64,000 bases of DNA from Mobula hypostoma (Eukaryota): the NCBI RefSeq assembly GCF_963921235.1, contig NC_086108.1, positions 41,728,001 through 41,792,000 on the forward strand, written 5' to 3'. Positions 25,206 to 39,985 of the stretch are shown here, in pieces. The notes beneath the pieces are model-generated. The model worked only from the letters and a program-made list of their open reading frames with translations. It ran no database searches and was not told the DNA's origin. Position numbers and translations under genes: made by a program. The number at the start of each line of letters is the position of its first letter. Position 1 is the first letter of the stretch.

Positions 25206-26399
25206 AAAAAGAATCATTATTTTCTCCTTTGTCCTAACTGTGACTCCAAGTGGTACAGAGTTTCTACTTGATTTCCTTTGACTTCAATTTTACTGGAACT
25301 CCTTAAACGGAGCTTGATGGGATTAGGCAGAATGATAGTTCACTGAAAATTAAATGGGCCAAAGGACGTGGTTCTGTGCTGCATCATTCTATAACTCTAA
25401 ACTGAAATGAGATCAAGGGCACATCTCTCTTTATCTTGTGAATTCAGCTCATTAGTCCACATTTAAATATGACCACAAGACATAGAAGCTGAATTGGGCC
25501 ATTTGGTCCATTGAGTCTCATCCCCCATTCAACCATGGCTGATTTTTTTTTCCCTTTTCTGAACCCAATTCTCTTACCTTTTATTTATAACACTTAGCCC
25601 TCTCACTAAACTGAAACCTATCAATTTCTGCCCTAAATACACCCAGTAACTTGAACTCTACAGCCTGCCATGGAGTAGGCCATAATGAAGTCAAGAAACA
25701 GCTGAATAGGTTGGGCTTGAGATTTGATTTCATGTCACCTTCTATCACTTTGAGATGTTTGACAGTAGATTAGTTGAGAGAGAGAGATAGGAGCAACAAT
25801 TCTTTTTTCCCTGCTTTTTATAGATAAATATATTTTCCATAATGCTGAGAGATATTTGTGCCTAAACTATCCAGAATACGTTGTCTTGAGGCACAGCTAT
25901 TTCAGGAACACATCTTCTACATAACTAGATGATGTCAGGACCACACAGCAATTTTAGTGAACTCAGAGATTTCATGGCATTATATGGAGTCAATCAGATT
26001 GGCTGAACCAGGCATCAATGATGGTGAGAATGTCAGTCATCAGTCGAGATGGAACATCCACTCAGCACTTCGAGCTGAACACGGCTGCAAATGCTTCTGC
26101 CTCGCTAAGACATTTATCTGCTGGACTCCATCATCAAGGACCGATCTGCTCCTGAAGCCACTTCCTCACTTCAGCCATCTAACTGCCCAGTGTGATTTAT
26201 CAACGGATGTAAAAGGACCGCAGAGCTCTAAGCTGATCTGTTGATTAAGAGATTGTTTAGCTTTGTCTTAAACATGATGGTTAACCAATATGTGATCAGC
26301 AGGTTGAGAGTACATTTTAAAATATGCTGGACACTCTTCTTCTCATTGTGCCAGAGCTGGACCCTTGCTTTGAAGGTCAAGGCTGATTGAAGGGCATTC

Positions 26400-27470
26400 A
26401 ATAATGTGCCAGGTTAAAGGTTCCCAGATTGCAAAAGGGCATGACATTTGCAGTGATATGAGCATGCTTAGAGGAATGGCCGAGAGACTATTTTTAAGTT
26501 GGCAAGCTGTAATTAATGAGGTGCTACAGGGATTAATCTTGGGGCCTCAACTACTTGCAATTTACTGTATAATATTGGCTCAGATGCAAGATTTTGAGTT
26601 GTGTAGCTGACAATGCAACTTTAGGCAAGGACAAGTTATAAAGTGATCACAAAGAGGCAAGCATGTATAATGTAAAAATGTCAACCGGGTGGTCAAAAAT
26701 TTAGTAGATGGAATATTATGTAACAAAATAATAGGAAGAATAGTAAGGCAGAATATTGTTTACATGGAGAGAGACCTCAGATGCTTCTGTACAAAGATCT
26801 GGAAGCCCTTGCAAATTAATCTCACAAATCCAGGAATTAGGAAGGCAAATGGAATCTGGGCCTTTATTGGTAAGGGGGTGGAGTTTGAGAGTAGAGGTGT
26901 TTTCTTACAACTGAATAGGACATTAGTGAGATCAAACTCAGAGCACTGCGTAAAGTCTTACTCTCCTCAATTTATGGGAGATCACTTGCACTGAAGGTAT
27001 TTCAGAAAAGATTTAAATTGGTTCTTGGAATGAGGGGTGCCTTATAAGAGAGTAGCACCCACACTGATTAAATATTATGAAAATGAGAGATGATGCCACT
27101 GAAAGTGAGGTTCAGCAGGGGATAGGCAGGATAAACGTTGTTTCCCATTGAGTGATATTCTAAAATAGAGGCACAGTCTTAGAATAAGAGGTCAACCAGT
27201 CAAAACAGAGAGGAGGAGGCTATTATTTTCTCAGATGGTCATAAGTGTTTGGAATTCTTTACTCTGGGCAACTGTGGAAAATATACCACTGAATATATTC
27301 AGGTGGAGATAGATTTTATGGACAATAGGGTAGTCGGGTATTAAAGGGGGAACAGGCAGATAGATATGAGAAGTTAAGGCTAAGAACAGGTCAGTTGTGA
27401 TCCCAGTGTATGGTGCAGTGGAGTCTATGGAGCTGTATGGCTGACTCCTGCTCCTATTTTTTTTAATGTT
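26400..27470 (+). mobile_element. Degraded CR1 fragment
   Basis: EVLQGLILGPQL and GVEFESRGVFLQLNRTLVRSNSEHCV; 3' UTR GGCTGACTCCTGCTCCTAT. Confidence 0.7.
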
Positions 27471-28534
27471 CTTGAGGTCAGGGATTGAATTTGAATACAT
27501 CCTACTGACTGGCTGCAGCCCTACATGGATGATTAATATGAACTGCACGATCTGATGATTGTCCCACACAACAGAAGGTGAACTTAGGTTAGTGAGGAAG
27601 AAGTCAAATAGATTAATTCCTTGCCTTAGTCTCTTGTCAGGTCATATCGGCCAAGCTTTTTCATATTTAGAAATGCATTTTGTGCTGACACTGGGTTGAG
27701 TCATTCTTCCACTGTTGCTCCTCATCTTTGATCTGATACCCTGAGACATCATTGGATCAGTGTAACTGCTGAGATTCCCAATGTCTCTCCCTCAGTACAA
27801 CTGTGCTGTCACCTCTGATAGGCAAAATATTTACTCTCGTTGTTTGAAAGCTAGAGTTTGAATTTAAATGTCACTGAGCAGAGCATGTGTGGATTTTAAA
27901 GTCAACTAGTTCAGTGGTCAACTGGTGTTACTAGTAACTAACTGTGGCAATCCTGAAGTTTAAAGCCATTAGAAAAATCCAATTCAAGGCTCGTGCATAG
28001 GTTTTCCTTCAAGTGTACCAATCATTGTGCTAGATTCCTCTAATGTGTCAAGTCAGTGTTGCTGAACAGTAGCAACAGCTAATTAACAGCTTCTCTCCCC
28101 CTTCTCATTCTTTCCCATTTTTCAGTCAAGTTCATTTAGTCCCAATAACTCAGTTTGTAACTGGTGAAACACTGCAGAAAAAGAACTCCCCAAAATGATC
28201 ATTAGAACTGGATGTCAACGTGTATTTTAACACATTGCTTACCCCACTCACTGAATTTGGAGCACATCTAAGCGACCATTTCCTGCCTTCATAGTGGCCC
28301 AGGTCAACACTTAGCTTGCTTTTTGCTTACCCCAAAGGAGAAGAGGGCAATTACAAGACAGGAAAATAAAGTAGATTCTAGAAATCTGAAATAAAAATAG
28401 ATAGAGCCACATCAGTGGAACGAGAAACACTTCAGGTCGATGATCATTTGCCCTAAGTTTTAACCCTTGTATTTAAATGGGTATCTGTAAGTGTCTCATG
28501 TACAAACATGTTATAAGCATCGTGCATTACTTTT

Positions 28535-28840
28535 TATTTTTATTTTATTTAGCAATACGGTGTGGAGAAGGCTCTTCCGGCCCTTCAGGCAGCACCACCC
28601 CAGCCACCCCACCGACAACCGCGATTTGACCCTAACCTAATCACAGGGCAGTTTACAATGATCGGTTAACCTACCCAGTACACCTTTGGACTGTGGGAGA
28701 AAACCAGAGTGTCCAGGGAAAACCCACGCATTGCAGGGTGAGGACATACAAACCCATTGCAAATGGCGCCGGAACTGATCTCCGGATTCTCACACCCCAT
28801 GCCATAATAGCATTGTGCTTACCACTATGCTATTATGGTG
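28535..28840 (-). mobile_element. V-SINE/HE1-like SINE
   Basis: CTTTGGACTGTGGGAGAAAACCAGAGTGTCCAGGGAAAACCCACGCA; (TTTTA)n tail. Confidence 0.7.
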
Positions 28841-30889
28841 TCCAAAACCATGGCAACCATTTTCACTGCAGCAAAATGGATTAGATTTGTACCTGACTGG
28901 ATCCTACTTCAGGTTAACATCAATGAATGACAAGCTCAGGTATTGCAATTCCGTCACTTTGTAGTTGATTATTTTAAAAAGCATTGTTAAATTCATCCCT
29001 TTGACAGAATTAAGTTAATATGATCAGGCTTGACTTGGCTGAAAATTAAATCCAGACATGTTCTTGCAGCATTAATTTCTGTTACATATCTAAAAAAAAA
29101 TCACATTGCATGCAATAGAAATATACTGCCAATCCCGCAAAGCTTTTGATCTGTACCATCTTATTAAACTTTTATGAAAAATCAATAAGAGTTCAATCTT
29201 GTTATAGGCCATACCACAAACCTCTGTCAGCTGTGAACTAAGGTTATTGAATACATGTATTACTGCTTGTGCAGCCGATCATCCAAGTTTGGAGACAAAT
29301 AGAATTATGTGAATCTATATACCACCAGACCTAAAACAGACACAAAGTGCTCTGTATTAGTGATCACTTCTGTATTAAGTGATCCCTGTCTGCCACAGAC
29401 ATTTCCCCAGTTCCAGCAGTAATGATTTTAATGGGAGCTGCACAGTCACTTGTCTCACAGAACAAATTCTGTTCTGTTAAGACATCCATTGCACGATTCT
29501 CTGAAGACCAACGACATGTTCTTCCCATTACATTCAAACTATGTGCAAAAACAAAATTAAAACGGAGTTCATGTGGATCTAAATTAAAATAAATCTGAGG
29601 CACAATGAATGGAAGTACCAGATCCCATTACGGTCTGTCACATGATCAAAAAAAAAGTCACTGTATTTAAAATTGGAATTCAAATTCTTAATAAAAATGC
29701 ATTTTAGTGAAATTGGACTAACACTAGATACAAATGGATGATATGATTTTATCCCCTCAACCAGACTGATGATGTGACAAATCTGTTACTTCCCATCATT
29801 GTGGATTTATTAGTCAAGGTGTGTTCAGAACCAAATAATTTGAAAGAGCATTATACTTGGAATTGAAATCCTAAAAGTGAATGCTACGCTATATGTATGC
29901 AGAAATGAAATGAGCAGAAACTTAACGTGGCAAGCTGTGCAGATAAAGAATATATTCACAATTTCAGATCGGCCAAGAATCCAATGCTTCACATCCAATA
30001 TCATATTGGCAGGCATATAATCGCAATAGCATAGAAAATGTGACTGAGCAGCACTGGATTTTGTCAAGAAACCCACTTAGCACCTAGATACTTGGTGGCC
30101 ACATTTTAACGCTCATCCCATCTACATGGAGCACTGTACTTTACTATGGGAGGTGCAGAGCCCCACTTAACAAGTGAGCGCAAATGACTAAACTATTCCC
30201 AGCACTTGTTGATTAGTACAGTAAACTCCTGCTAGCGATAGTAAAGCACTATCAGAATTGATTAATATATTGCATTTGAGGAGTTCATCGAAAAGAATCA
30301 CTGCTTTACACTGGATACTCAGCTGATACTTCCAAACAGATCAATTGATGTGACAAAAATTGCTTGATTTTTTCAAATATTCTTTGATCATTGCTTTTTT
30401 GGTTCTCTCCCCCAGCCAAGATTATAAAACTAACTTCCCAATTATCAGGAGCACACTCCTAGTAACAACGAAACTCAGACCTTTTAGGAAACGGTTATAT
30501 CCAGAAAGAAAGTGTCAGTTTTAAACTCCTGCTGTTTTCCTGTTGTTCTCTGCATCCTACATCCTCCCATGGGAACCACATCCTGCACCAAACTCCTGAA
30601 CCTAACTCACTACAAACAGGAAAAACCATGGTCTCTCCAGTCTCCAGTAAACTCAGTCAGTGGCCTTTCCAACGGGAGCAACTTTAATTAAACCCATGAG
30701 TTCCCCAGGCTCCAGTATCCTCAGTGGCCATTCAGACATCAGCAACTTTGTTTCAAAAATAAATCGGCAAGTTGCTCAACAGCAGGAGATAAATGGGGGA
30801 AACCATCAACTCACAGTAAGCAGGAGTTTACTCAGTCAAGAATGCATGAGCCTCATGTGGGAGATTTATTTTAAAGGAGGTTTTTACGG

Positions 30890-31985
30890 CATTGGCCAGA
30901 CAGCACTTGGAGTACCGCAAGCAGTTTTGAGCCCCTTATCTGAGAAAAGAAGGATTGACATTGGAGAGGGTCTAGAGGAGGTTCATGATAACAATTCCGG
31001 GAACTAAGGGTTAACACATGAAGAACATTTGGTGGCTCTGGGCCTGTACTTGCTGGAGTTCAGTTGAATGAGGGGGGAATCTCATTGAAAGGCCTAGATA
31101 GAGTGGATGTGGAAAGGATGTTTCCTATAGTGGGGGAGTCTAGGACTAGACGGCACAGCCTCAGAACAGAGGGACGTCCATTTAGAACAGAATGTCCCAT
31201 TCATCAAGAGTGCATATCAAGTGTCCTGACCAGCTTCGTCACTGTTTGGTACAGGAATTGAAAGGCATCTGACCACAAGTCCATACAAAGGTCTGTGAAA
31301 ACTGCTGGAGGAATCAGCAAGGTCTCTCTTCCACCCATTAGAGATATTTATCAGGAGTGCTACATATGCAGGGCCCTTAGCATTGTCAGTGATCCCTCCT
31401 ATCCATCCAATAACCTCTTTGAACCCCCTACCATCAGGTAGGAGGTACTATAGCATTAGGACTAGAAACAGCTTCGTTCCCCAAGCCGTAAGACAAGGGG
31501 ATTCCCTGCCATCACTCAGGTCTCGTCGCGCATGAAGTGCCAGTAGCGTTAAACTGCTTACTTTTTAACATGTTTCATGTACGCACTTTATTATTTGTTG
31601 ACCTATTTGTGGTAACATTACCTGTGTTTTTTTGTGTGCGTTATACTTTGTGTTGTGCACTTTGATTCGGAGCAATGTTGTCTTGTTTGGTGGTTTACAT
31701 GTCTACAGTTGAAAGACAATAAACTTGAACTTGAGATAAGGATGAATTTCTTTAGCTAGAGAGTAGTGAATCTGTTTAATTCACTGCCACAGATGGCCTT
31801 GGATGTGAAGTCATCGAGCATGTTTAAAGTAGGAGTTGATAAGTTCTTGATAAGTCAGGGTGTCAAGATTTATGGGGAGAAGGCAAGAGAATGGAGTTGA
31901 GAGGGATAATAATCAGCTGTGCTGGAATGGCGGGGTAGACTTAATGGGCCAAATGGCCTAATTCTGCTCCTATGTCTTTTGATGG
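30890..31985 (+). mobile_element. CR1 3' fragment with a nested LINE 3' fragment (about 31194-31732)
   Basis: GLDRVDVERMFP...RPFRTE is interrupted and resumes at GAGATAAGGATGAATTTC. The insert ends AATAAACTTGAACTT. Confidence 0.75.
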
Positions 31986-32746
31986 TATAGAGTTTGCTAA
32001 CAGTAAAGTTCTAAATTCAAACATAGATTTAAACCTTATTTGATATATAGCAATGGGAATCCTCACTAAAGGGAAGTTATATTGCAATGCATTGCAGATG
32101 AATAAATTGTCCATTACAGAAATCAAATACAGAGGAATAGATTCGAGTTCACCCCGTCTTTCTGTCATTCTTCTTGATATTCCAGGACCATTCCTACCAA
32201 GCCTGACTGCTCTCCATACTTATACTGTTTTTCTCCATCTTCACACATACATGCAATATATTTTCAACTACCTTTTTTACACAAATGGTCTAAAAGTTTC
32301 TGGGGGCAGATATCCTAGAAACCCACTATTAATGTTGTGAGGTTTTCTCTCAAGCATAAAAACCTTCCAACCATTAATAGATCAACTATTTGATGTGTTA
32401 AGTGATAGTATCATTCTGGTCTGCAAACTTGTTGAACTAAATAATTTAGGCAGTGTTGTCTGGTTTGATTCAACTTAATTAACATTACCTCACTGTCTTA
32501 CACTGTGCTCTAAAAACTGGTTCCTGCTTATGACCAGAAGCTAAACAAAGAATACTTTTTGGAAGTTTAACCAATTCAAAATCAACTCTTTGATCTTTAG
32601 AAGTGTCACCTGCTGTGTTTAGAAAGCAGAGCTTGGCAAAAAGTGACCCCTGGTCCTGGACAGTGAATATCTATCACAGTCTTCTGGACTATGGAACAGA
32701 AACAAGAATATTAAATCTCCTACAAGAGGATTTAGTAATCGGTAGA

Positions 32747-34840
32747 GTGGACTGTATTCAGGGATTAATCTTTGAATCTGGATGAGTATGCTGCAGTTGT
32801 TATCGACTTCATTAAAAGCTTTGTGGACGAGTGTGTGCCTACAAAGACTTACTGTACATTCCCAAACCAAAAGCCATGGATGAACCAGGAGGTACGTCGT
32901 CTGCTGAAGGCTGGATCTGTGGCATTCAAGTCTGGCAACTCAGGCCTGTACCAGAAAACCAGGTATGATTTGCGGAGGGCTATTTCAAGGGTGAAGAGAC
33001 AATTTTGAATGAGGTTGGAGGTGATATCAGATGCACAGTAACTCTGGTTGGGTCTGCAAGACATTACTTCCTACAAAGTGAAACCCAATAGCATGAATGG
33101 CAGCGATGCTTCATTACCAGATGAACTCAACGATTCCTATGCATGCTTTGAAAAGGAGAACACAACTACAGCTGTGAAGATCCCTGCTGCACCTGATGAC
33201 CCTGTGATCTTTGTCTCAGAGGCCGCCGTTAAGACTGTCTTTAAAGAGAGTGAACCTTCGCAAGGCGGAAGGTCCCGATGGAGTACCTGGTGAGGCTCTA
33301 AAAACCTGTGCCAACCAACTAGCGAGAGTATTCAAGGACATTTTCAACCTCTCACTGCTACGGGCAGAAATTCCCACTTGCTTCAAAAAGGCAACAATTA
33401 TACCAGTACCTAAGAAGAATAATGTGGGCTGCCTTAAAGACTATTGCCCGGTAGCGCTCACATCGACAGTGATGAAATGCTTTGAGAGTTTGGCTATGAC
33501 TAGACTGAACTCCTGCCTCAGCAGGGACCTGGACCCATTGCAATTTGCCTATCGCCACAACAGGTCAACAGCAGACACAATCTCAAAGTCTCTCCACACG
33601 GCTTTAGACCACCTAGACAACACAATCACCTATGTCAGGATGCTGTTCATCAACTATAGCTCAGCATTTAATACCATCATTCCCATAATCCTGAATGAGA
33701 AGTTGCAGAACCTGGGCCTCTGTACCTCCCTCTGCAATTGGATCTTCAACTTTCTAACCGGAAGACCACAGTCTGAGCGGATTAGTGATAACATATCCTC
33801 CTTGCTGATGATCAACACTGGCGCACCTCAGGGATGTGTGCTTAGCCCACTGCGCTACTCTCTGTATACACATGACTGTGTGGCTAGGCATAGCTCAATT
33901 ACCATCTATAAATTTGCTGATGATACAACCATTGTTGGTAGAATCTCAGGCGGTGACGAGAGGGTGTACAGGAGTGAGATATGCCAACTAGTGGAATGGT
34001 GCCGCAGCAACAAGCTGGCACTCAACGTCAGTAAGACGAAAGAGCTGATTGTGGACTTCAGGAAGGGTAAGACGAAGGAACACATACCAATCCTCATAGA
34101 GGGATCAGAAGTGGAGAGAGTGAGCAGCTTCAAGTTCCTGGGTGTCGAGTTCTCTGAAGATCTAACCTGGTCCCAACATATTAATGTAGTTATAAAGAAG
34201 GCAAGACAGTGACTATACTTTATTAGGTGTTTGAAGAGATTTGGCATGTCAACAAGTACACTCAAAAACTTCTATAGTTGTACTGTGGAGAGCATTCTGA
34301 CAGGCTGCATCACTGTCTGGTATGGAGGGGCTACTGCACAGGACCGAAAGAAGCTGCAGAAGGTTGTAAATCTAGTCAGCTCCATCTTGGGCACTAGCCT
34401 ACAAAGTACCCAGGACATCTTTAGGGAGCGGTGTCTCAGAAAGGCAGTGTCCATTATTAAGGACCTCCAGCACCCAGGGCATGCCCTTTTCTCACTGTTA
34501 CCATCAGGCAGGAGATACAGAAGCCTGAAGGTACACATTTAGCAAGTCAGAAACAGCTTCTTTCCCTCTGCCATCCGATTCCTAAATGGACATTGAAGCT
34601 TTGGACACTACCTCACTTTTTTTTAATATGCAGCATTTCTGTTTTTGTACATTTTTAAAAATCTATTCACTATGTGTAACTGACTTACTTGTTTATTTAT
34701 CATGTTTATTTAATTTATTATCATTATTATTATTATTATTTTCTCTCTCTCTGCTAAATTATGTATTGCATTGAACTGCTGCTGCAAAGTTAACAAATTT
34801 CACATCACATGCCGGTGACAATAAACCTGATTCTGATTCT
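32747..34840 (+). mobile_element. Rex1/Babar-type LINE (family A), 5'-truncated
   Basis: ORF 33211-34212 ([29 protein letters not shown]) and 34231-34542. Ends AATAAACCTGATTCTGATTCT. Confidence 0.93.
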
Positions 34841-35277
34841 AACTTCAGATCAGTTTGCTCTCACTAAATGGTGTTTCACATTTGGGGGGGGCTGAGTAGC
34901 CGCCTTCTGTATTCTCTCCTCCCCTTCCCAGTTCTGATGAAGGGCCACAGACCTGAAATGTTTCACTTTCCACAGATGCTTTGACCTGTTGAGTTTTTTA
35001 AAGCATTTCCTTTATTTTTTTTTAATTTCAGATTTCCTGCATCTGTAGTTTGTTTTATTTTCACTCCTGATTTACTTTATGAGTTTATATGATCTTTGCA
35101 TTGAAATGAAACTCCAAATTGTCCTCTACATCTTGAAAAGCAGGAAAGATGGGCAGCACAACTGTTAGCTCCTCCCTACGATGTTAGTCTGCTCCCTGAA
35201 GGAAGAGCAATTAGAAAGATATTAATGCTGAGGTGATGACCATCAGGTCCCATGGACAGGTTAGAGGGAAAGCTGAT

Positions 35278-36115
35278 TCTGAATCAGTAGCAGGTTTATT
35301 ATCACCCGCATGTGTCGTGAAATTTGTTAGCTTAACATCATCAGTACAATGCAATATATAATAATATAGAAAGAAGAAAAAAAGTAAATCAATTACAGTC
35401 TATATATATATCTATATGTTTATGACTAGATTAAAAATAGTGCAAAATAGAAATCATATTTTTTTTTTAAGTGAGGTAGTTAGTGTTCAAGGGTTCAATG
35501 CTCATTCAGGAACCGTATTGAAGAGGGGAAGAAGCCGTTCCTGAATCATAGAGTGTGTGCCTTCAGGCTTCTGCACCTCCATCCTGATGAAAACAATGAG
35601 AACAGGGCATGCCCTGGGTGATGGGGGTCCTTATTAATGAACATCGACTTTCTGAGGCACCACTCCTTGAAGATGTCTTGGTTACTAGAGGCTGGTTCCC
35701 AAGATGGAGCTTACTAATTTTACAACTCTCCGCAGTTTCTTTCGGTCCTGCACAGTAGTAACCCCACCCTCGTACCAGACATTGATGTAGCCTGTCAGAA
35801 TGCTCTCCACGGTACATCCATAAAAGTTTGACTTTTTTAGTTGACAAACCAAATCTCTTCAAACTCCTAATGAAATATAGCCACTGTCTTGCCTTCTTTA
35901 TAGCTGCATCGATATGTTGGGACCAGAGATCTCGACATCCAGGAACTTGAAATTGCTCACTCTTTTCACTTCTGATCCCTCTACAAGGATTGGTTTGTGT
36001 TCCCTCATCTTATCCTTCCTGAAGTCCACAATCAGCTCTTTCATCTTACTGACACTGCTTAAGGTTATTGCTGCAACACCACTCAACTAGCTGGTATATC
36101 TCGCTCCTGCACACC
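35278..36115 (-). mobile_element. Rex1/Babar-type LINE (family A) 3' fragment
   Basis: [11 protein letters not shown]; homologous to 2473-3300. Confidence 0.85.
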
Positions 36116-38199
36116 GCCCTCTCAGCTCCAGTAAGATATGAAGTATATTAGATCCTAAGCGGGCATCAAGGGTAGACGTCGAGCTGTTTCCTTAAAAGGA
36201 CATAGTTACAAGGAAAGAGGAAGTCAGTTGGAACAGTGGTGAATAAGAATTTCTTCGCAGAGAAAGCGTTGACTCTAGAACATTCTACTCTGGAGGGTAA
36301 TTGAGGTCAGATTACTGTGGGTATTTAAAGAGGAGACGTTCAATGCTGCAAAAGTGGCCAGGTCTGCTTATCCTCTCTAACTTGGTAAGATGCTTAAACT
36401 TTTTTTGACTTTGAGATGCCACATGTAAGTCTATCACCAACTGTTGTAGACAATTTCATCATTTGGAAGGGTAGTCAAGTGGGTAGGAATCCAATATAAA
36501 TAAGTTTTATCGGCATCTATTCCAAAGAGGACATACTGGATGTTTGGAAAGAATGAGAAAAGATTCAAGGAAAGATCAGATGCAAATACATATGGCACCT
36601 ATAATGTGCACTGCCGGGGTAGGGAGGGCACACATGTTTCAAAGATGTTAAGGAATAGTTAAACCAAATTTCGCAACTAGTTCAGGATCAAGGTATGCTT
36701 ACCATTAAGACTGCCAATCATCTAGTCTAGAGACAGCATGTGGAACAGACCAGCTCTCTCTGTGGACCAGCCTTAAACCAGTAATGTGATATGAACAAAA
36801 TTAAATTGTAGCAGACCTTCCACCCTCAAGTCTTGCAATCCCAACTCTCAGACATCAATATCCTTGGTTCCATGACATAGTTTGTAATTGGTAGTCAGTC
36901 ACTAAGTTAGAGCTGAGTTGATATTTCGATACGTACGGCTGACAAAAAGCAGAACAGCGTGCCAAAATCTCCACAGGCAATTTCCCACTTTCAACAAGCA
37001 ATTTTTGCCACAATTACAATTTCTATAGAATCAAAAATACGTCATTATCTTTCTATTTCTCACAATACATAGGCTGCATGCTAGGAAGCTGTGCAGTTAT
37101 TTAATTACGGAAAATAAATTAGAGACTGTCAAATAGGCTATGATATGACTCAGGAACAATCAAAACAGTCAACATATTGTTGGTGTAAATATATGGCATA
37201 ACATTTCACAGCAGTCTGCATTGCTGAATGTATCCTGTTTGAACTAAGTCCCTTGGGTAATGAATTTCCTTAGCTGCCTGTACTGTTTAATATCACACAA
37301 TCACTTTGAAAAATTATATTCTGTGAGGTTTAACAACAAAATAGAACTAAGTGCAATCTCACCATACTTCTGGATAATATACTCACATAGATTTGGATCA
37401 TTCATAATATAAGCTCTAATGTACAATTTTTCTGTCAGCATTCCTGTTATATAATTCTAACTGGTCAGAACCCCATAATAAATCCAGTACAAGAATACCA
37501 CTGCCTAGCCCCATGAGATCATTGATCACTCTTCCTACCTCTACTCATCAGCCGTGAAATTGTCATTAATGCCTCCACTAATTCCACAATCAACCATTCC
37601 AAAGTTCTGCTGGCAAGCCTGACACCCTCTGCCTGTCATAAGCTGAAGATTCTCCTTCTGCCCAGGAGCGAACCTCTGCCTCATCTTTACTTCCCAGGAT
37701 CTGGGCATTTCCAGCAATGGCAGCATTTGTTGACCCTCGTTAAACATACTTGAGAAGGTGGTGCTGAGCCAACACATTGAATTACCTGCAGTCTTGCTAA
37801 TGAAGATCCTCCCACATTGTTTTTAGGTAAGAAGGATCAGAATATGTTTCCATGTGCCTGCTACCCTTGCCCTTCTTAATGCTAAGAATGCTGATTTTGG
37901 CAGTGCTGTCAAAGTAGCTTTGGTGAGTAATTACAGTGCAATTTGTAGAAAGCACACACTACAGGAAGAGGTAGTGATATTTAGAGTGGCAGATGAGTGC
38001 TAGTATAGCGGCTGTTCGTTCTGAATGCTGCTGACCTTGAGAGCCATTGGAGCTGCACTCACCCAGGCAAGTACATACAAACAATCACAATCATGACTGG
38101 GGCCTTGCAGATAGTGGAAAGGTATTAGGATGTTAACAGGTGATTCATTCACCACACAATGTTCAGCCTTTGATTCATTCTTTTTGCCTTGTTATGCAT

Positions 38200-39620
38200 A
38201 CAGTCATAGAGTCATAGTAAAGTACAGCACAGAAAATTGCTTTTTGGCCCATCTAGTCCGTACTGAACCATTTAAACTGCCTACTTCTGTCAACCTGCAT
38301 GAGGGTCATAGCCCTCCATGCCCCTACCATCCATGTACCTACCCAAACTTCTCTTACACTTTGAAATTAAGCCTACTTGCACCTCTTGTGCTGGCAGCTT
38401 TTTCCACACTCTCACAACCCTCTGAGTGAAAAAGTTCCCCTTATGTTCCCCTTAAACTTCTCTCCTTTCACCCTTAACCTATGACCTCTGGTTACAGTCC
38501 CACCAACCCTCACTGGGAAAAAGCCAACTTGCATTTACACTATCTATACCCCTCATAATTTTGTATACCTCTATCAAATCTCCTCTCAATCTTCTACGTT
38601 CCAAGGAATAAAGTCCTAACCTAGTCAATCTTTCCATAAAATTCAGGTCCTCCAGATCCAGCAAAATCTTTGTAAATGTTCTCTGTACTATTTCAAATTA
38701 ATTTACATCTTCCTTGTAGGTAGATGACCAAACTGCACACAATACTTCAAATTAGTCCTTAACAATGTCTTACAACGTCCCATCTCCTGTACTCAATACT
38801 TTGATTTGTAAAGGCCATTGTGCCAAAAGCTTTCTTTACAACCCTAATTTCCTGTGATGCCATTTTCAATGAATTAAGGACCTGTATTCCCAAATCACTT
38901 TGTTCTACCACACTCCTCAGTGCCCTATCATTCACTGTGTAAGACAAAACCCTGGTTGGTCCTACCAAAATGCAACACCTCACACTTGTCTGCATTAAAT
39001 TCCATCTGCCATTTTTCAGCCTATTGTTTCAGCTGGTCCAGAGCCTTCCCTGCTGTCCACGACACCCCTAATCCACAGTTTGCTGATTCAGTTAACTACT
39101 TTATCATCCAGATCGTTGATATAGATGACAAACAACAATGGACCCAGCACCGATGTCTGTGGCACATCACTAGTCACAGGGTTCCAGTCAGGGAGGCACC
39201 CATCTACTACCACTCTCTGGCTTCTCAAACACAGCCATTATCTGATCCAATTTACTACCTCACCTTGAATACCAAAAGTCTGAACCTTCTTAACCAACCT
39301 CCCATGCAGGACCTTGTCAAATGCCTTGCTGAAGTCCATGTAGACAAAATCCACTGCCTTGCCTTCATCCACTTTCCTGGTAACTTCCTCAAAAACTCTA
39401 TAAGATTGGTTAGAATTGTCCTATCATGCATAAAGCCATGGTGACCATCATTAAACAGTACATGTCTATCCAAATACTTATATATCCAGTCCCTCGGAAT
39501 ATCTTCCAATAAATTTCCCACAACTGATGTCAGGCTCACCTGTCTATAATTTCTTGGTTTATTTTTAGAGCCTTTCTCGAACAATGGAACAACATGGGCT
39601 ACCTTCCAATGATACCTCAC
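38200..39620 (-). mobile_element. CR1 LINE with internal deletions
   Basis: HWKVAHVVPLFEKGSKNKPRNYR and LGLYSLERRRLRGDLIEVYKI. Confidence 0.85.
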
Positions 39621-39784
39621 CTGTTGCAAAAGATGGAAAACGATTCAACAGCATAAAGAAAGGACAACTGCTATGCTATTTGACTGCTGGATTAGAGAGT
39701 TTCAATGCATTTTCCATGCACCTTTATTGTGGAGAGAAAACAGAAGAATCTGATAAGGGCAACCAAGGAAAGTGATTTAATTGT

Positions 39785-39985
39785 AAACAACAGGAATTCT
39801 GCAGATGCTGGAAATTCAAGCAACATACATCAAAGTTGCTGGTGAACGCAGCAGGCCAAGCAGCATCTATAGGAAGAGGCGCAGTCGACGTTTCAGGCTG
39901 AGACCCTTCGTCAGGACTACTGACGAAGGGTCTCGGCCTGAAACGTCGACTGCGCCTCTTCCTATAGATGCTGCTTGGCCTGCTG
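39785..39985. repeat. Penelope-derived palindrome, 66-bp arms (39849-39914 and 39920-39985)
   Basis: Arms are 65/66 complementary with a 5-nt spacer GACTA. Confidence 0.9.
39883..39918 (-). ncRNA. Minimal type I hammerhead ribozyme motif
   Basis: Minus strand reads AGTC-CTGACGA-AGG GTCTCAG CCT-GAAAC-GTC-GACT: stem I AGTC/GACT, core CUGANGA and GAAA, palindromic minimal stem III (ACGT), GUC cleavage triplet. Confidence 0.75.

Noticed and set aside
39849..39985. Terminator, CRISPR repeat or tRNA
   Set aside because: Eukaryotic context, no spacer array, no cloverleaf; explained as an inverted Penelope pLTR.
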